36,245 nucleotides of DNA from Syntrophobacterales bacterium (GTDB lineage: Bacteria > Desulfobacterota > Syntrophorhabdia > Syntrophorhabdales > WCHB1-27): positions 1 through 36,245 of the forward strand of contig JADGQN010000002.1 in NCBI GenBank assembly GCA_017881765.1, in the 5' to 3' direction. Under the pieces are notes generated by a model. It ran no database searches. It was not told the DNA's origin and worked only from the letters and a program-made list of their open reading frames with translations. Of the stretch, positions 33,340 through 36,245 are shown piece by piece (positions within the stretch are counted from its first letter, which is position 1; each line of letters begins with the position of its first letter). A program made the translations under genes and the position numbers.

Positions 33340-33996
33340 ATGATAGACCTACACACCCATACCTTCTTCAGCGATGGTGAACTCACACCTTCGGAACTTG
33401 CGCGAAGAGCCTACCTAAAGGGCTACAAGGTCCTCGGCATCTCGGACCACGCTGACTCCTCGAATATAGAGCTTCTTATCTCCGCTTTGCTGAAGCTGCA
33501 CGAAAAGGCTGAGTACTACGAACATATCACCATCGTGCCCGGCGTAGAGCTGACCCATGTGCCCAAGGGGCTCATCGGGGAGCTGACCCGCCATGCACGG
33601 AATCAGGGTGCGCGCCTCGTGGTGGTTCATGGGGAGACCATAGTAGAACCCGTCGAAGAGGGCACGAACCGGGCTGCGATAGAGGCCGGGGTGGATATAC
33701 TGGCACATCCGGGTCTCATCACGGAGGAAGATGTCCGGCTCGCGAAGAAGAAAAACGTGCTGCTGGAGATCACCGCGAAGAGGGGCCATTCGCTTAGCAA
33801 CGGCCACGTGGCGGGGCTGGCTAAAAAGATAGGCGCAAGACTCATATACAGCACGGACGCCCACGCCCCTGCCGACCTTCTTCCCGAGGAGATGGCACGA
33901 AAGGTTGTACAGGGTGCGGGCCTTTCATCGATGGATTTTTCGATCATGCAAGAAAATGCTCTTGAGCTTGTCAGGAAGATCATGGAGGCGAGATGA
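33340..33996 (+). CDS. PHP-domain phosphoesterase (histidinol-phosphatase-like)
   Basis: 218 aa. It has the N-terminal DLHTHTFFSDG motif and later metal ligands (SDHA, VVHGE, STDAH). It overlaps hisC by 4 nt. Confidence 0.8.
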   Translation: MIDLHTHTFFSDGELTPSELARRAYLKGYKVLGISDHADSSNIELLISALLKLHEKAEYYEHITIVPGVELTHVPKGLIGELTRHARNQGARLVVVHGETIVEPVEEGTNRAAIEAGVDILAHPGLITEEDVRLAKKKNVLLEITAKRGHSLSNGHVAGLAKKIGARLIYSTDAHAPADLLPEEMARKVVQGAGLSSMDFSIMQENALELVRKIMEAR

Positions 33997-35060
33997 GGCT
34001 CACCGTTGACGAAAGCATCAAACGGATACCCTTCTACCCCAAGGCTGCACTTTACGGTTCTGAAGAGGGTTGGACGCGGCTTGCCTCAAATGAGAACCCT
34101 CACCCACCATCATCAAAGGTAGTTAACAGCATACTCGAATCCGTCTTCTCCATAACCCGGTATCCGGAGAGTGAGCTTGAACTCAAGGCTCTGCTTGCTG
34201 CCAAGTATGGCCTGGAGCCGGGGAATATCGTTATCGGCAACGGCTCCAACGAGCTGATCGAGACCGCCTTCAAGGGTATGCGTCACCCAATGCGGACCAG
34301 AGTGCTTGTGCACGAGCCGTCCTTCGCATTTTACACCATCGCGGCCCAGATCTATGGCTATGAAGCGCGCCAGATCCGTTTTCCCGATCTGACCTTGGAC
34401 CTGGATATCATCCTTGAACAGATAGACGAAAGCGTCAGGATCGTCTTCCTGAATAATCCCAACAATCCGACAGGGACGATCTTTGAGGATGCGACGTTCA
34501 AGTCGTTTCTCGACAGACTGCCGCCCGAGGTGCTCGTGGTGGTCGACGAGGCATACGCGGAATTTGCCACAAGCAAGAAGTTCCCGAAATCGATGACGTA
34601 CGTGCGGGATTACCCCGTGCTCGTGCTTCGTACGTTTTCCAAGGCTTACGGGCTGGCAGGGCTGAGAATCGGCTATGGCGTGGCCGATGCAACGATCGCT
34701 TCCTTTATTGAGCGAACAAAGCAGCCTTTCAGCGTCAACATGCTGGCCCTCATTGCCGCGAAGGAGGCGTTGAGCGACGACAAATACGTGGCGAAAGTAT
34801 TGGAGAGCAACATACAGGGAAGGGATTTCTTTTACGGTCTCTTTGCGGAGCTCGGTCTTGCCTTCATTCCCACAGAGGCCAACTTCGTTCTTGTGAGGGT
34901 GGGTCCTGACGCAGAAGGCCTGACCAAAAAACTCTTTGAGAAGAAGATACTCGTGCGATGGATGGGGGCATACGAACTACCGGAATACATCCGCGTGACC
35001 GTGGGGACAATGGAAGAGAACAGATTATTCGCGCGCAGCCTGCGGAGTTTGCTTAAATGA
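33993..35060 (+). CDS. hisC: histidinol-phosphate aminotransferase
   Basis: 355 aa class II aminotransferase. Motifs are NENP, NPNNPTG and RTFSKAYGLAGLRIGY (PLP Lys). Confidence 0.9.
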   Translation: MRLTVDESIKRIPFYPKAALYGSEEGWTRLASNENPHPPSSKVVNSILESVFSITRYPESELELKALLAAKYGLEPGNIVIGNGSNELIETAFKGMRHPMRTRVLVHEPSFAFYTIAAQIYGYEARQIRFPDLTLDLDIILEQIDESVRIVFLNNPNNPTGTIFEDATFKSFLDRLPPEVLVVVDEAYAEFATSKKFPKSMTYVRDYPVLVLRTFSKAYGLAGLRIGYGVADATIASFIERTKQPFSVNMLALIAAKEALSDDKYVAKVLESNIQGRDFFYGLFAELGLAFIPTEANFVLVRVGPDAEGLTKKLFEKKILVRWMGAYELPEYIRVTVGTMEENRLFARSLRSLLK

Positions 35061-35728
35061 GAAAGCGGCCTGTGGTCACCGTTGATGGACCGAGCGGCGC
35101 CGGGAAAAGCACGGCGGCGAAGGCGCTGGCATCAGCGCTCGGTTACGAGTATGTGGATACCGGCGCAATGTACAGGGCGGTTGCTTATGCGTATACCAGA
35201 GAAAAACAGAAACCGGATCTCGACCATTTCCTGCGGAGTCTTGCGCTGAGATTTATCTTTGGCAAGCCGACCCAGGTCTTTCTGAACGGAGAAGAGATCA
35301 CACAGAACATACGGACCCCGGAAATCTCTATGCTGGCATCAGCCCTCTCGCAGGATCCCCGTGTAAGGAAATATCTCACCGCCATGCAGCGGGAATTGGG
35401 AAAAGAGGGCGGTATCGTACTGGAGGGGCGAGACACGGGTTCCGTTGTCTTTCCCGATGCCGAAGTGAAGTTTTATCTCGATGCGGACATGGAGGTGCGC
35501 GCACACCGACGCCATCTTGAGCTAAGAGCCGGAGAGCCGGATCAAGCTGCCACTGATGCGCTGGAGCGGGTGAAAAGAGAGATCGAGAAAAGAGACAAGG
35601 ACGATTCCGAAAGGGAGATCGCTCCCCTTATCCGGCCTCAAGGGGCGCATTACGTCGACACGACTCACCTCGACGTCGAGGGCGTGGTGCGGGTCCTGAA
35701 GCAGCACGTGGAGCAGACCTCACGATGA
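35057..35728 (+). CDS. cmk: cytidylate kinase
   Basis: 223 aa. Motifs are VTVDGPSGAGKST, DTGAMYR and EGRDTGSVVFPDA. Confidence 0.92.
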   Translation: MRKRPVVTVDGPSGAGKSTAAKALASALGYEYVDTGAMYRAVAYAYTREKQKPDLDHFLRSLALRFIFGKPTQVFLNGEEITQNIRTPEISMLASALSQDPRVRKYLTAMQRELGKEGGIVLEGRDTGSVVFPDAEVKFYLDADMEVRAHRRHLELRAGEPDQAATDALERVKREIEKRDKDDSEREIAPLIRPQGAHYVDTTHLDVEGVVRVLKQHVEQTSR

Positions 35729-36245
35729 TACAGGTGCTCAAGACTGACCAGATAGGCTTCTGCTTCGGCGTGAAGAGAGCTATTTCAAAGGTGCTGAAGG
35801 CGCTGGAAAAGAACGGAGAGAAAATTTATACACTGGGACCTCTTGTCCATAACCCCCAGGTGGTAGCCACTCTTGAAGAGAAAGGCGTCATCCCCGTTGA
35901 CAACGTGCGTGAGGTTGAGAAGGGGGTGATCTGTTACAGGTCTCACGGCATCGAGAAAAAAGAGGAGGAGAAGATCCGCGAGAAAGGACTCGTTGCGATA
36001 GATGCAGTCTGTCCCTTTGTGAAGAAGGTGCGAACGCGCGCCCTTTACTTGAAGAAGCAGGGATACACGGTTGTCATTGTAGGGGATGAGAAGCATCCCG
36101 AGGTGAAGAGCGTGTTGAGTTATTTGGATAATGATGGTATTGTACTGCAACATCCGCGCCCTATCGAAGCCAGGAAAATCGGCGTAGTCTGTCAGACCAC
36201 CCAGGACCTTGAGACGCTGAAACAGGTAGTCGCGGGCTTGATGGA
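35725..36245 (+). CDS. ispH: 4-hydroxy-3-methylbut-2-enyl diphosphate reductase (IspH/LytB), 3' end off the window
   Basis: My own translation from the ATG at 35725 (ATGA overlap with the cmk stop) gives MIQVLKTDQIGFCFGVKRAI...GPLVHNPQV...SHGI...AVCPFV...VVIVGDEKHPEV. The ORF is open to the window edge, so it is not in the ORF track. Confidence 0.9.
   Translation, partial: MIQVLKTDQIGFCFGVKRAISKVLKALEKNGEKIYTLGPLVHNPQVVATLEEKGVIPVDNVREVEKGVICYRSHGIEKKEEEKIREKGLVAIDAVCPFVKKVRTRALYLKKQGYTVVIVGDEKHPEVKSVLSYLDNDGIVLQHPRPIEARKIGVVCQTTQDLETLKQVVAGLM

Overview
This 36.2 kb window is mostly core housekeeping DNA from a moderately GC-rich, probably anaerobic diderm bacterium. The gene content suggests Nitrospirota or Desulfobacterota, but that is inference only. 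All protein calls rest on motifs I recognise by eye; I ran no database search.

Layout:
- Minus strand, about 14277 down to 6595: one long amino-acid and envelope operon, maf-yggS-argH-lipoprotein-lysA-dapF-dapA-dapB. It is followed by rex-DUF350-bioD, a B12-binding radical SAM gene, a 114 aa orphan, a D-Ala-D-Ala carboxypeptidase and an M48 peptidase.
- 14488-16798: an oxygen-detoxification cassette (cutA-fprA-rubredoxin-rubrerythrin). It sits in the divergent gap between the two large operons.
- Plus strand, 17047-29469: a 13-gene, mostly overlap-coupled operon, rplU-rpmA-obg-proB-proA-nadD-rsfS-dksA-like-lapB-like-apgM-comF-asmA-like-DUF2520.
- After that: a hemerythrin gene, divergent tRNA-Glu(CUC) and tRNA-Pro(GGG), surE-miaB-DUF151 nuclease, and PHP phosphatase-hisC-cmk-ispH (partial).

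I see no integrase, transposase, CRISPR/cas, toxin-antitoxin, reverse transcriptase or recognisable defence gene, so I cannot support a novel protein-coding system here.

The unusual signal is non-coding. Most long intergenic spacers carry structured, low-complexity elements built from degenerate 7-8 nt tandem units with a fixed anchor: (GGG-N5)n, (CAC-N4)n or (ACGG-N3)n. These are often arranged as long inverted arms, and two related copies bracket the O2-detox cassette. Other non-coding features are a perfect 21 bp (extended 27 bp) inverted repeat in the dapA-dapB spacer, a recurring GGGTACCC palindrome/hairpin motif, a perfect 21 bp direct repeat upstream of rex, and a perfect TTGACA -35 with a 10 bp palindrome over the -10 upstream of fprA.
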